Shown: one piece after another, positions 9,530 through 19,090 of the stretch
How the letters are laid out: the number at the start of each line of letters is the position of its first letter
Numbering within the stretch: the first letter of the stretch is position 1
DNA from: Thermoleophilia bacterium
Lineage (GTDB): Bacteria > Actinomycetota > Thermoleophilia > RBG-16-64-13
DNA: 64,000 nt
Reading direction: 5' to 3'
Assembly: GCA_027493445.1 (NCBI GenBank)
Contig: JAOSKU010000001.1
Span: 1,136,715 to 1,200,714 of the forward strand
Translations under genes and position numbers: made by a program
The notes under the pieces: generated by a model
What the model was told of the DNA's origin: nothing
The model's database searches: none
The model's input: the letters and a program-made list of their open reading frames with translations, nothing else

Positions 9530-10261
9530 ATGACCATCCCAGCGCCATTCTCTCCCGCCGAGGAGCTCGACCTCCTGGCCGACGCCTTGGGTGACCCCAC
9601 CAGGAGGGCCATTTTCAAGTACGTAGCCGAGGCGCTTGAACCGGTCACCGCCGCCGACGTTGGCGTCACCTTCGGGGTCCACCGCACGGTGGCCCGCTCC
9701 CACTTGGAGAAGCTGACCGACACCGGCCTGCTCGAGGCGGAGTTCCGCCACCGCGCCGAGGGCGGCCGTCCGCCCAAGGTGTACTCCCGGGGCGAGCGCC
9801 GGCTCGACCTGCAGCTGCCGGTGCGCCAGTACGAAACCCTCGCCGAGCTCCTGCTCAGCACTCTCGAGCACTTCGGAGACGCGGCCGAGATCATCGCCGA
9901 CCAGGTAGGCTATGCCTTCGGGCAGCGACTGTCGACCCTCCATGCACCCGCCAGGTCCCCTCTGGCCGCCCTGATCGAGGCTGGAGCGAACATCTCGTTG
10001 GAGCACGACGGCGATCGACTGCGCGTCGAAGTGCACGACTGCCTCTTCAGGGAGGTGGCCACCCGCCGGCCTCGCCTGGTCTGCACCCTCGATCGAGCCG
10101 TCCTGCGCGGACTGCTCTCGGCCGTAGAGGGTGAGGTAGTTCTGTGCGAGGCCTCCCGCCGGGACGAGTGCCGGGATGTCTGCTCCTTGAGCTACGAGAA
10201 GAAGCCCTCAACCGCGGGAACGCGCGACACCCCTGACCCCCCGATAGGAGGACACGCATGA
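9530..10261 (+). CDS. ArsR/SufR-like winged-HTH regulator with Cys-rich C-terminal domain
   Basis: ALGDPTRRAI, ARSHLEKL, GGRPPKVY, HDCLF...CTLD...C...C. TTGTGC-17-TACACT lies 6 nt before ATG 9530, so probably leaderless. Confidence 0.8.
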   Translation: MTIPAPFSPAEELDLLADALGDPTRRAIFKYVAEALEPVTAADVGVTFGVHRTVARSHLEKLTDTGLLEAEFRHRAEGGRPPKVYSRGERRLDLQLPVRQYETLAELLLSTLEHFGDAAEIIADQVGYAFGQRLSTLHAPARSPLAALIEAGANISLEHDGDRLRVEVHDCLFREVATRRPRLVCTLDRAVLRGLLSAVEGEVVLCEASRRDECRDVCSLSYEKKPSTAGTRDTPDPPIGGHA

Positions 10262-10908
10262 TCATCACCAAGCAGAAGCCCCTCGAAGACATCATCGAGA
10301 TGGTCGCCAAGTACAAGCACCTCTTCTACGTGGGTTGCGGCCAGTGCTCCACCCAGTGCCAGACCGGGGGCGAGTGGGAAATCGAGGAACTGAGCAGGCT
10401 CCTGGAGGAGGAAGGCCACAGGACCAGCGGCTCGACCGTGGTCTACGCCCCCTGCCATGAACTCGACACCAAGCGCCACTTCCGCAAGCACAAGGAGCAG
10501 CTGGCGCGCACCGACGCGGTGATCGTCATGAGCTGCGGCGCGGGCGTGCAATCGGCGGTTGAGGGCACCGACCTCCCCGTATTCCCCTCGAACGACAGTC
10601 TCTTCTTGGGGAACTCCCAGCGCCACATGCACTTCGAGGAAAAGTGCTCCACATGCGGCGAATGCGTGCTGCAGTGGACCGGAGGCATCTGCCCGGTGAC
10701 CCGCTGCCCGAAGGGTCTCCTCAACGGGCCCTGCGGGGGTACGAACCACGGCAAGTGCGAAGTCGATAGCGACAGGCCCTGTGCTTGGACCCTCATCTAC
10801 GAGCGTCTGGAGAGCCTGGGCGAGCTCGACATGTTCCGCAAGATCCAGCCGCCCAAGAACTACGCGGCTGTCAAGAGGCCTGGCCTCATGCGGGAAGAGG
10901 TGCGATAG
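10258..10908 (+). CDS. MetV-like protein (methylene-THF reductase C-terminal/small-subunit family, Cys-rich)
   Basis: MIITKQKP, GCGQCSTQCQTGG, SCGAGVQ, CPVTRCPKGLLNGPCGG, CAWTLIYERL. Confidence 0.85.
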   Translation: MIITKQKPLEDIIEMVAKYKHLFYVGCGQCSTQCQTGGEWEIEELSRLLEEEGHRTSGSTVVYAPCHELDTKRHFRKHKEQLARTDAVIVMSCGAGVQSAVEGTDLPVFPSNDSLFLGNSQRHMHFEEKCSTCGECVLQWTGGICPVTRCPKGLLNGPCGGTNHGKCEVDSDRPCAWTLIYERLESLGELDMFRKIQPPKNYAAVKRPGLMREEVR

Positions 10909-10953
10909 CCCCCCGCACAAGCTGTCCGCTCGATCGCGGATGCGGGAGAACGC

Positions 10954-10991
10954 GGCGAGGGCCGCCCCGGTGATCCGGGGCGGCCCTCGCC
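10954..10991. terminator. Strong hairpin between convergent genes (bidirectional terminator-like)
   Basis: GGCGAGGGCCGCCCCGG-TGAT-CCGGGGCGGCCCTCGCC, perfect 17-bp stem. Confidence 0.7.
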
Positions 10992-11027
10992 CTCTCTGCC
11001 TCGTAGTCTCCGCCCTGAAGCAGGGAG

Positions 11028-12236
11028 TTACCGCCCCCAGGCCTTGACCCGTCGCGCAACCTCCCGCCCGTAGTCCACGCAGGCCTCGAGATCGTCTTCG
11101 GTGGGCACATACTTGAGCTCCAGGGGGTCCATGACGTCCAGCCCGAGCTCCTCGAGGCCGGCGCTGATGAGCTTGGCCGCCCCTCCACCCCAGCCGTAGG
11201 AACCGTAGGCTCCAACCAGGCGGTTCTTGGGGCGCAGCCCCCTGATATAGGTGAGGAAGGCGCCCACCGTGGGGAGCATTCCGTTGTTCAGAGTGGGCGA
11301 ACCCACCACGAAGGCGCGGTGCCCGAGCACGGCCCGAGCCACGTCGGCCAGGGCCGAGTGGTTCAGGCGGAAGACCGAGCACTCCACGCCCTCTTGGGCG
11401 ATGCCGTCCTCGATGGCCCGGGTCATCTTTTCGGTCGACTGCCACATCGTGTCGAATACAAGGGCCACCCGAGCCGGCGCCTCGAAGCGGCTCCAGCCGA
11501 CGTAAGCCTCGATGACCCGGGCCACGTCCTCGGACCGCCTCCAAATGACCCCGTGACTGGGTGCGATGACGTCGAACTCGAGCCCCAGCTCTCCCACCTG
11601 TTTCACCAGCTTCTGCACCTGGTTGCCGAAGGGCATGAGGATATTGGCGTAGTACTTGGCGGCCTCGTCGAGAGCGAGGTCGAGGCCGACCTCATCGGCG
11701 AAGCGCCGGGAGCTGGCCAGGTGCTGCCCGAAGCCGTCGTTGGACAGCAGGACCTTGGGCTCTTTGACGTACGTGAGCATGCTGTCGGGCCAGTGGAGCA
11801 TGGGTACCTCGAGGAAGGTGAGCGTATAGCGCCCGATGGACAGCTCGTCGCCGGTGCCGACCACGGTGATGTCCCAATCCTGGACGCCCTCACCATGGTA
11901 CAGGAGCAAGAGGGCATCCTTCGCCCGCCTCGAACAGAAGATCTGAACGTCACCGAGCTGCTTCATGAGCGACGGGATCGCTCCCGAGTGATCCATCTCC
12001 ACATGGTTGACGACCAGGTAGTCGATCTCGCGGGGTTCGCAGCAGGCGCGCACGCGTCGCAGCAGCTCGGGCCCGAATCCGGAGCGCACCCCGTCGACCA
12101 GCACCTTCTTCTCATCGGTGATGAGATACGCGTTGTACGTGGTGCCCCGCGGCGTCTCGTACCCGTGGAAGTCGCGGACATTCCAGTCGATGGCTCCCAC
12201 CCACCAGATCTCTTCCTTCAGCTGATATCTCTCCAT
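11028..12236 (-). CDS. fprA: Flavodiiron protein (FprA/Roo, class A)
   Basis: GTTYNAY, NHVEMDHSG, LHWPDSM, SNDGFGQH, APSHG and a flavodoxin domain with GSPTLN and GSYGW. Confidence 0.95.
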   Translation of the reverse strand: MERYQLKEEIWWVGAIDWNVRDFHGYETPRGTTYNAYLITDEKKVLVDGVRSGFGPELLRRVRACCEPREIDYLVVNHVEMDHSGAIPSLMKQLGDVQIFCSRRAKDALLLLYHGEGVQDWDITVVGTGDELSIGRYTLTFLEVPMLHWPDSMLTYVKEPKVLLSNDGFGQHLASSRRFADEVGLDLALDEAAKYYANILMPFGNQVQKLVKQVGELGLEFDVIAPSHGVIWRRSEDVARVIEAYVGWSRFEAPARVALVFDTMWQSTEKMTRAIEDGIAQEGVECSVFRLNHSALADVARAVLGHRAFVVGSPTLNNGMLPTVGAFLTYIRGLRPKNRLVGAYGSYGWGGGAAKLISAGLEELGLDVMDPLELKYVPTEDDLEACVDYGREVARRVKAWGR

Positions 12237-12444
12237 GCCTCCACCTCTGGCGTCGTTACAAACAACCGGCTGCGCGATCACGCTAACGGAGGCTGGGTCG
12301 GCAAATGTGCGCTCCCGGGGTCACCCAAGCGCACTCACCGAGCCCCCGCCCGGCAAAGTCAGGCTCGAATGATAGCCGACCGGCCGGACAGAAGCCTGGT
12401 GAGTCATGTTCGCGCGGGCCCGCACTACAGTCGAGAGCGGCTTC

Positions 12445-12657
12445 TCAGGAAGCAGCCCCCTCGATGCAGTAGTACTCGCCCGTCAAGTCGTAGTCGATGG
12501 TAACGGGGCAGTCGGCGCAGAGGCACCCCCGCCTTTGAACGCCGGCCGAGCTGGCACCTCGGGCGCAGTAGAAACTCTTCAGCTCATCGGGCTTGCTGGG
12601 ACAGTCGCCGCACAGGCAGCGCCCGGCGTTCTCGGGAGTGTCGAGGACCATGGACAC
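12445..12657 (-). CDS. DUF2769-like small Cys-rich protein
   Basis: CLCGDCPS...FYCARG...GCLCADCPV...YYCIEG; AGGAG RBS. Confidence 0.75.
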   Translation of the reverse strand: MSMVLDTPENAGRCLCGDCPSKPDELKSFYCARGASSAGVQRRGCLCADCPVTIDYDLTGEYYCIEGAAS

Positions 12658-12665
12658 CGGGACTC

Positions 12666-13160
12666 CTACGCAATCTCGAGAATCTTCTCCTTGGGCGAGG
12701 TGCAGACAACGCAATGATCGGGGACGTCGTTCTCGTAGGTCATCCCACACACCTGACACACGTAGAACCGGGACTCGCTCAGGTCGCCCATCGCTCCCAG
12801 AGCCTCGGCGAACATCTTCTCGTGGAACTTCTCCGCCTCGTTGGCCGCATGGAAGGAGAAACGGGCGTCGTCGTCGCCTTCCTTCTCCGCTTGAGCGATG
12901 AACTCCGGATACATGGTCGCATGCTCGTAGTTCTCTCCGCCGATGGAACCTTCGAGGTTCTCAGCCGTGCTCTTGACCCCGCCCATCGTCTTCAGATGGT
13001 TGATGGCATGCACGGTCTCGGACTCCGCCGCCACGCGGAAGCGCTTCGCCACCTGGGGATACCCTTCCTCGTCCGCCTTCCGCGCGTAGGCCAAATACCT
13101 CCGGTTCGCCTGCGATTCACCCGCGAACGCGTCCTTCAGGTTGCCGATGCTGTTGCCCAT
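12666..13160 (-). CDS. rbr: Rubrerythrin
   Basis: NLKDAFAGESQANRRY, ETVHA, MYPEF, EKFH, CQVCG...CVVC. Confidence 0.94.
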   Translation of the reverse strand: MGNSIGNLKDAFAGESQANRRYLAYARKADEEGYPQVAKRFRVAAESETVHAINHLKTMGGVKSTAENLEGSIGGENYEHATMYPEFIAQAEKEGDDDARFSFHAANEAEKFHEKMFAEALGAMGDLSESRFYVCQVCGMTYENDVPDHCVVCTSPKEKILEIA

Positions 13161-13322
13161 TGAACTGATGCTCCTTTCCGATTCTCTCGACTCGCGCCCC
13201 TCGTGCCACTGGCCGCCGCGGCAGCCTCGACCTCGAAGAGAGCCCTTACCCGGGCCAGATGACAAGGTAACCGCACCTTGAGGCTAATAAACCTCATCTT
13301 TCGCCGAAAAAAGCAAATATCT

Positions 13323-14315
13323 CTACCCAGCCTTCCGGCCCAGAATCAGCTGGTTCTGACTGTTCGTAAGATCGAGAACACGCACGTCAGCGAAGCCGGC
13401 GTCAGTCAACCAGGCCTGGAAGTCCGACTCGCGCCATACGCCTCCCTCCTCCGTCGCCTGCAGCATGTTCACTGCAAACATGGCCGCGCGCTCGCTGCGC
13501 TCCCATACGAAATCGCGGATGGCGATGACGCCACCTGGTCCCAAGACCGCATGCACTCGGGCGCTCAGAGCGGAGTTGGTGTGCGGCCCGTAGATGTGGT
13601 AGACGTTGCCCAGATACGCCAGACCAAAGGGGCCTGGGGGCAACCCTTCCCGAAAGTCGCCTCCCAGCAGGTCGATCCGCTCGGTCCACCCCCCCAGATA
13701 CCTACGCGCCTCGGGCAGCACATCGGGCCGGTCGAAGAGTGTGGCGCGCAGCCCTTTCTCTGCGAAGCGCCGGGCCATGTGGCCCACGGCCCCCCCGATG
13801 TCGATCATGGAGTACGGAGCGGGCGAGCCTGCCTCCCGCCCCTCGCCGGCGTATCGGAGGCAACGATCGACCACCTCATCCATCACCGCCGAGTCGCCTT
13901 CGGCCATCGTGCGCACGAAACTGCGTAGGTCGCGTTCCTCGGGATCGCGCTCGGGAGGACTGCCGAAACGCACGATGTGCGGCAGGTCGAGCCAACCCCG
14001 AACCTTGCGCGCCTGGTGCAGCAGCGACGAGCGCTCCACGTCGGGACCCGGTGGGACCCCGGGAGGCGAATCCAGTAGATGGGCCTTCCCCAGGTCGGTC
14101 AGGCGATAACCCGCGGGCCCGTGCGCGGCCACCCCGAGGGCGACTAGGGCTTCCAGCATGACCCGGCAGGCCCGTTCGTCACCTCCCACGGCTCGGGCCA
14201 CGTCGTCCGGCTCGGCGGGCGATCCTTGAGCTAGGGCATCGACCAGGCCCGCCTTGATGGCGGCGGTCAGCACCAGAAGCTTCTCCACCTCGTGGCGGTC
14301 GACCAGAGAGGTCAC
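13323..14315 (-). CDS. Class I SAM-dependent methyltransferase (O-methyltransferase family with dimerisation HTH)
   Basis: MIDIGGAVG, LFDRP, GDF, GNVYH, PGG. GTG overlaps the glutaredoxin stop (GTGA). Confidence 0.88.
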   Translation of the reverse strand: MTSLVDRHEVEKLLVLTAAIKAGLVDALAQGSPAEPDDVARAVGGDERACRVMLEALVALGVAAHGPAGYRLTDLGKAHLLDSPPGVPPGPDVERSSLLHQARKVRGWLDLPHIVRFGSPPERDPEERDLRSFVRTMAEGDSAVMDEVVDRCLRYAGEGREAGSPAPYSMIDIGGAVGHMARRFAEKGLRATLFDRPDVLPEARRYLGGWTERIDLLGGDFREGLPPGPFGLAYLGNVYHIYGPHTNSALSARVHAVLGPGGVIAIRDFVWERSERAAMFAVNMLQATEEGGVWRESDFQAWLTDAGFADVRVLDLTNSQNQLILGRKAG

Positions 14316-14623
14316 CGCTGCCCCAACTCTTCCTCGCTCTCCCCTGGATCGACCCCCAGCAGCTCGGCGATGTCACGGCGGTTGACCTCGAAGCCCCAAA
14401 ACACCCGCCGCCCGATGATGATGGCGGGCGTGGCCACTCGGCCGAACTCCCGCATCATGGTCTCCTTCACCGCCTCCCCGGAGGTCACGTCGTGCTCCAC
14501 CGTCTTCACCCCGTGCTCGGCGAAGTAACTCCTCGCCGCCTGGCAGTCCAGTCAGGAGGGGGAGTGGTAGAGCACCACCGGCCCGGTCTCGCGACGGCCC
14601 AACATTCGCTCGAAAAGCCCCAC
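14312..14623 (-). CDS. Glutaredoxin/NrdH-like selenoprotein (UxxC)
   Basis: GTG 14623: MGLFERMLGRRETGPVVLYHSPS-UGA-LDCQAARSYFAEHGV...ATPAIIIG...WGF. TGA at 14552-14554 occupies the first Cys position of CxxC. Hairpin at 14518-14538. Confidence 0.9.
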
Positions 14624-14626
14624 AGG

Positions 14627-15769
14627 CTATCCCCTCTCGATGGGCAGTCCGGCCTCGGTCCAGTCGTCGATGCCGCCCGCGTAGTCGGAGACATCGGCGT
14701 ACCCTAGCTGTCGCAGCTTATCAGCCGCGATGGCGCTGGCTTCTCAGGTGAAGTCGTTGCAGTAGACGATGATCTTCTCGTCCTTCCGGTAGCGCTTGCG
14801 CGCCTCGCGCGTAAGACTGCGGAAGTCGATCCACTCGGCTCCGGGCAGGTGACCGCGGCCCCAGTGGTCCTCTCCCAGCACGTCGACCAGGTGGAACTCC
14901 GTCCCGGACTGCATCAACTCCCAGAGCTGCTCGCGGGAGATCACTGGTACGCTTGGCCGCCCGGCCGTCTGATCGTAGAAGATGAGATAGCTGGCCGCCG
15001 TGTAGTAGCCGGCCTGCCGGAACACCTGGAGCTTGCGGGCATCGCGGGCGTCGACCACGGCCGCGGGGGTGACGTCGTCGCCGGCGACCATCTGCCCGGC
15101 GGTCTGCACGGCCCAGACCAGCACCTGGTCGCCCACGTGCGGCGCGAGCACGTCGAGCAGGCAGTACCGCTCACCCTGACTCCGCTCCCGGATCACCAGG
15201 CCGATGGCCTGGTCATGGTCGGTGACGACCCAGTGGCTGTCGTTCTCGATCTCCTGCTCGAGCTCGCTGTACGTGGGAGCCTGCTGGACACCGCGGGCGT
15301 GGAGCACGAGGTCGTGGGCCGCCCGCAGATGGGGGTAATCCATCGGCACCAGCGCCAATCCCTCGAGCTTCTGGGGAGGGAAAGTAGCCCGAGCGACCAG
15401 CACCGACATGCTCACCTCCATCGAGAAACCCTCGGCGATTAGGGCCGTCTCGAAGGTGCAGTCGTCGCTCCGCACGAGATAGGCGCGAGGAGCAAGCTCC
15501 TCACTGATCAGATCGAGCATGTCCTCGTAGCGGTCTCGGTAGGGCGGCGTGAGATACCCTTCGATCAGGGTCACGTGGTCGTGGCCTTCGTGTTTGTCGA
15601 AAAGGAGAAGCGCGTATCCCACCGTGCTGGCCCCGTCCCTCACGGCAAACGTGTCGGCATGATGGGCCAGGTGGACGTGAAAGCTGGGGAGCAAGGGCAC
15701 GTGGAACGTCCGGAGCTTCTCGGCCCTCATCTCGGCGATGGCTTTGGCATCAGTGCGTTCGAGCTGCAC
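14627..15769 (-). CDS. Rhodanese-domain selenoprotein with a long (possibly GNAT-like) N-terminal region
   Basis: LVDVLG...GHLPGA...IIVYCNDFT-UGA-EASAIAADKLRQLGYADVSDYAGGIDDWTEAGLPIERG*. Read-through of TGA 14744-14746 restores the rhodanese C-terminus. Hairpin at 14711-14730. Confidence 0.88.
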
Positions 15770-15831
15770 ACACACCCCTTTCTGGAGACCCGCCACTGCA
15801 CGCGGCATACCCGCAGAGGGCGGGGACCTAA

Positions 15832-16048
15832 CAGGCCGTTGAAGAATGACGCTTCGCCGTCAGGCTGCAATGGGCGCGGGCGAGGCCAGAGCTCGGTTTG
15901 GAATGACGCTCGCCCTCAGGCTGCAGTGGGCGCGGGCGAGGCAAGGACGCAGGGAGCGGGCGTAGCGGAGCTACGGACGTGACCGAGGACGCCGCATCGG
16001 GCCGCCCAGTGCAGCCCGGTGGCTGGGGCTTCGTTTTTCAACGGCCTG
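15832..16048. mobile_element. MITE-like palindromic repeat, copy 1
   Basis: Ends CAGGCCGTTGAAGAA...TTTTTCAACGGCCTG flanked by a CTAA direct repeat; core shared with copies at 20269 and 26921. Confidence 0.75.
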
Positions 16049-16106
16049 CTAACGCAGAAGGGCCCTCGCCGCCCTGAGGAATGCCGCCAGGCGGTACACT
16101 TGGTTC

Positions 16107-17141
16107 ATGGAGGACCGCATGCGCCAAGAAGCCGTGCGCAGTCGCTTCCAGGGCGCCCTGCTGGGCACGTTCGCCGGCGACGCGCTGGGGATGCCCCTGG
16201 AAGGGATGACGCCCCAAGCCATCGCCCACCGCTACGGTGTCGTGCGCGATCTGCTCCCGGCCCGTTTGGGCCGGGGCACCTACACCGACGACACCGAGAT
16301 GACCATCGCGGTGGCCGAGTCGCTGGTTGCATGCCGGGGGTTCGACGGGCCCCACATGGCCGGGCGGTTCCTGCACACGGCCGAGCGGCGGAGGGGCTAC
16401 GGCCGCGGCACGCTCGAGGCCCTTCAGCGGTTGGCCGCGGGCGTCCCTTGGGACCAGGCCGGGGCGGGCACGTTCGGCAGCGGCTCGTTCGGCAATGCCG
16501 GAGCTACGCGCGTCGCCCCAATCGCCCTCCTGTACCACTCCAATCTGGCTGCCGTAGCCGACCTGGCCCGCGCCTCGTCGGAGATCACCCACGCTCACCC
16601 GCTAGGCCGCGGGGGAGCGGCCGTCCAGGCAGTAGCCATCGCCCTCGCTCTCTGCGCCGGTCTCGAGCCGCCAGCCGGCGCCCGCCCCGAACTGTTCATC
16701 GAGACCATCGAGCATCGACTGCTCCCTCAGGAGGCCCTCTACCGAGAAGGCCTGGAGAAGGTGGTCATGATGCTGGAGCGGTGTCCACCCCTGCCGCTCG
16801 AGGCCTCCGACCATGACCGAGCCGGTCAGGCCGCCAGGGTGGCGGCCGTGCTGGGCAACGACAGCCGAGCGTTCACGTCGGTACCGGCCGCGCTCTACTC
16901 ATTCTTGGCCTACGCTCACTCTTTCGAGTTGGCGGTGACGACCGCGGTCGCTCTAGGCGGAGACACCGACACCATCGCCGCCATGACCGGGGCTCTCGCG
17001 GGCGCCTATCACGGTGTGGGCGCCATCCCCGAGCGCTGGCGCCGCAGTCTGGAGTCGGGCCCCCGCGGACGGGACTACGTCGCCGGCCTCGCCGACGACC
17101 TTTTCCTACTCTGGTTGGAACGCTACGCCGATGTCTGCTGA
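16107..17141 (+). CDS. ADP-ribosylglycohydrolase family protein
   Basis: GDALG, YTDDT, GNAG, GGDTDTIAAMTGALAGA. Confidence 0.92.
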   Translation: MEDRMRQEAVRSRFQGALLGTFAGDALGMPLEGMTPQAIAHRYGVVRDLLPARLGRGTYTDDTEMTIAVAESLVACRGFDGPHMAGRFLHTAERRRGYGRGTLEALQRLAAGVPWDQAGAGTFGSGSFGNAGATRVAPIALLYHSNLAAVADLARASSEITHAHPLGRGGAAVQAVAIALALCAGLEPPAGARPELFIETIEHRLLPQEALYREGLEKVVMMLERCPPLPLEASDHDRAGQAARVAAVLGNDSRAFTSVPAALYSFLAYAHSFELAVTTAVALGGDTDTIAAMTGALAGAYHGVGAIPERWRRSLESGPRGRDYVAGLADDLFLLWLERYADVC

Positions 17142-17869
17142 GTCCGCCGCTCGTCGCTCAAGAGCCGCATGAGTCGCGCGCTCACGCCGGAATCGAGGGA
17201 ACGCGTGCGCACCCCATGGCGAGGGCCGCCCGCCCGGAGCAACGCCCCCAGGTTGGCCGGAGTCGCGATCAGCACGCCCCGGAACTCACGCAGGTCGACG
17301 GCCTCCGGGTGCACGACCAAGTCCCCCAGGCGTACGCCCTCCGCCTCCACGGCGCAGAAGACCGGCTGGACCAGGAAGGTACCCGTCGTGCCGGTCATCC
17401 GAGCCAGACCGCGCTCCAGCTCGCAGGCGCGACCGGCCAGGTCGATGGCCACCCTGTCGTGAAAGCCCGTACCCGTGTCTCGGGCCAGCCCGCGATAGAC
17501 CTCGACCGCGTAGAGGCCTCCGGGGCCGGCCACCAGGAACTCCACCACGGTGCCCGCCACCAGCAGACCGGGGGCCACGTACCAACCCTCGGGCAGCGAC
17601 TCGAGCAGCCGAGCGAGAACCGCGCTGTCCTCGGCCCGTCGAGTGCCTCCCACCCCCAGGAGCGAGCGATCGAGGAGTAGCTTTCCAGGGACCAGCAGCA
17701 CACCGAAGACGAGCAGCCCGCTGATCACGGCGCCCGTACCCACGCGGCTACGTATCGCCAGCCCCAGGAAAACTGCGAGCACGGCTAGCACCAGGGCCCC
17801 GAACGTGGTGAGGAGCCTCAGGGTCTCGCCGCCCAGCCGCCTCCGCGAACGGCCGACCACTTGGGCCAC
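17123..17869 (-). CDS. Membrane-anchored NERD-like domain protein
   Basis: Two N-terminal TMs, then LESLPEGWYV...FLVAGPGGLYAVEV (NERD-like, degenerate). Confidence 0.55.
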   Translation of the reverse strand: MAQVVGRSRRRLGGETLRLLTTFGALVLAVLAVFLGLAIRSRVGTGAVISGLLVFGVLLVPGKLLLDRSLLGVGGTRRAEDSAVLARLLESLPEGWYVAPGLLVAGTVVEFLVAGPGGLYAVEVYRGLARDTGTGFHDRVAIDLAGRACELERGLARMTGTTGTFLVQPVFCAVEAEGVRLGDLVVHPEAVDLREFRGVLIATPANLGALLRAGGPRHGVRTRSLDSGVSARLMRLLSDERRTQQTSA

Positions 17870-17881
17870 GCCTTCCCTCGC

Positions 17882-19081
17882 TCAGTCCGACGCCCGCAGG
17901 ACAGAGTAAGGATTGATGGCTCCCCCTCCCCCGGGATGGATCTCGAAATGGAGGTGATGCCCTCCCCCGCGCGCGTTCCCAGAGTTGCCCACGTACCCGA
18001 TCACCTGCCCCGCCCGCACCGACGTGCCCCCACGGACGCCGGCGGCGATGCCGTCCAGGTGGGCGTAGTAGTAGCTGACCCCGTTGCTCCCGTCGAGCCA
18101 GATGATTGTGCCGCCCAGGCCGGAGTTGTACGCGGTCCGGCGGATCCGACCCGAAACCACCGCCACCACCGGCGTTCCTCGAGCGGCCATGATGTCGGTA
18201 CCCTTGTGCGAGCGTCCCCCCGAGCGGGGGAAACCCCAGTCGTTGGTATACGAGTGCGGCCCGTCCACCGGAAATACGAACCCTCGGGCGGCGGCCGCCG
18301 CTCCTTTGGAGTTGGAAACCGCGTTCTTCGCCCGAGCCCTGGCCGCCTCTGCGGCTCGCCGGGCCTCCTCCTCGAGAACAGCCACCCTCTTCTTCAGCCG
18401 GCTGTATTCGGCGGCCGCCGCTTTCATGCGGCCCTCCATACGATCCTGGGCTTGCTGAAGTTCGACCAAGGTTGCGGTTTGCTCGGACTTCTTGACGTCC
18501 AGCTCGGCTTGCAGGTCCCGCACCTTTCGCAGATGCCGTCCAACCTCGGAGAAGGTCTGCTCATCCTGCGCGGCCACGGTGTTCAGGAAGCGCAGGCGTT
18601 CGATCACCGAGGTGAAGTCCCGTTCCTCGAACACGATCTCGAGGAAGGCGGGTACGGCCGAGTGGGTGCTCTTGTACAGGCGCACGATGCGGTCGGTCAT
18701 CCGCTCCTGCATGGTGTGGAGATCCTGACGGCTGCGGGCCTCGTCCTCCCCTGTCTTGGCGATGGCGTCGTCGATCTCGTAAAGTCGCGCCTCGGCCCGG
18801 GAGTAGTCGCCGGCCAGCTGATCGAACTCGTCCTGCAGGCGGGCCAGCTGGGTGCGGGTCGCGGCCAGGTCACCTCTGGTCTGGGCCAGACCGGCGGCCT
18901 GAACCGGTGCCGGCGTCCGAGCCAGCATGACCGAGGCCGCCACGGCGCCCGTCAGGACGACCAGGAGCGACACGCCCCCAAACCCCCGAAGGAACCTGCA
19001 CTGGAGTTTCACTCGCTCTGCCGAGCGGCAAGCAGGCCCTCCTCGTGCAGGCCTCGGGACGGTTGTTCGAAGGAAGCCCAT
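17882..19081 (-). CDS. M23 peptidase with coiled coil (murein hydrolase / EnvC-like)
   Basis: Signal/TM, long coiled coil, HKGTDI, YAHL, GNSGNA, HLHFEI; start uncertain. Confidence 0.88.
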   Translation of the reverse strand: MGFLRTTVPRPARGGPACRSAERVKLQCRFLRGFGGVSLLVVLTGAVAASVMLARTPAPVQAAGLAQTRGDLAATRTQLARLQDEFDQLAGDYSRAEARLYEIDDAIAKTGEDEARSRQDLHTMQERMTDRIVRLYKSTHSAVPAFLEIVFEERDFTSVIERLRFLNTVAAQDEQTFSEVGRHLRKVRDLQAELDVKKSEQTATLVELQQAQDRMEGRMKAAAAEYSRLKKRVAVLEEEARRAAEAARARAKNAVSNSKGAAAAARGFVFPVDGPHSYTNDWGFPRSGGRSHKGTDIMAARGTPVVAVVSGRIRRTAYNSGLGGTIIWLDGSNGVSYYYAHLDGIAAGVRGGTSVRAGQVIGYVGNSGNARGGGHHLHFEIHPGGGGAINPYSVLRASD

Positions 19082-19090
19082 GGGCAGGCC

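Noticed and set aside
17139-17141. TGA after Cys at the end of the ADP-ribosylglycohydrolase as a possible Sec codon
   Set aside because: The domain is already complete, the region overlaps a convergent gene, and I saw no matching hairpin at the +13 offset.
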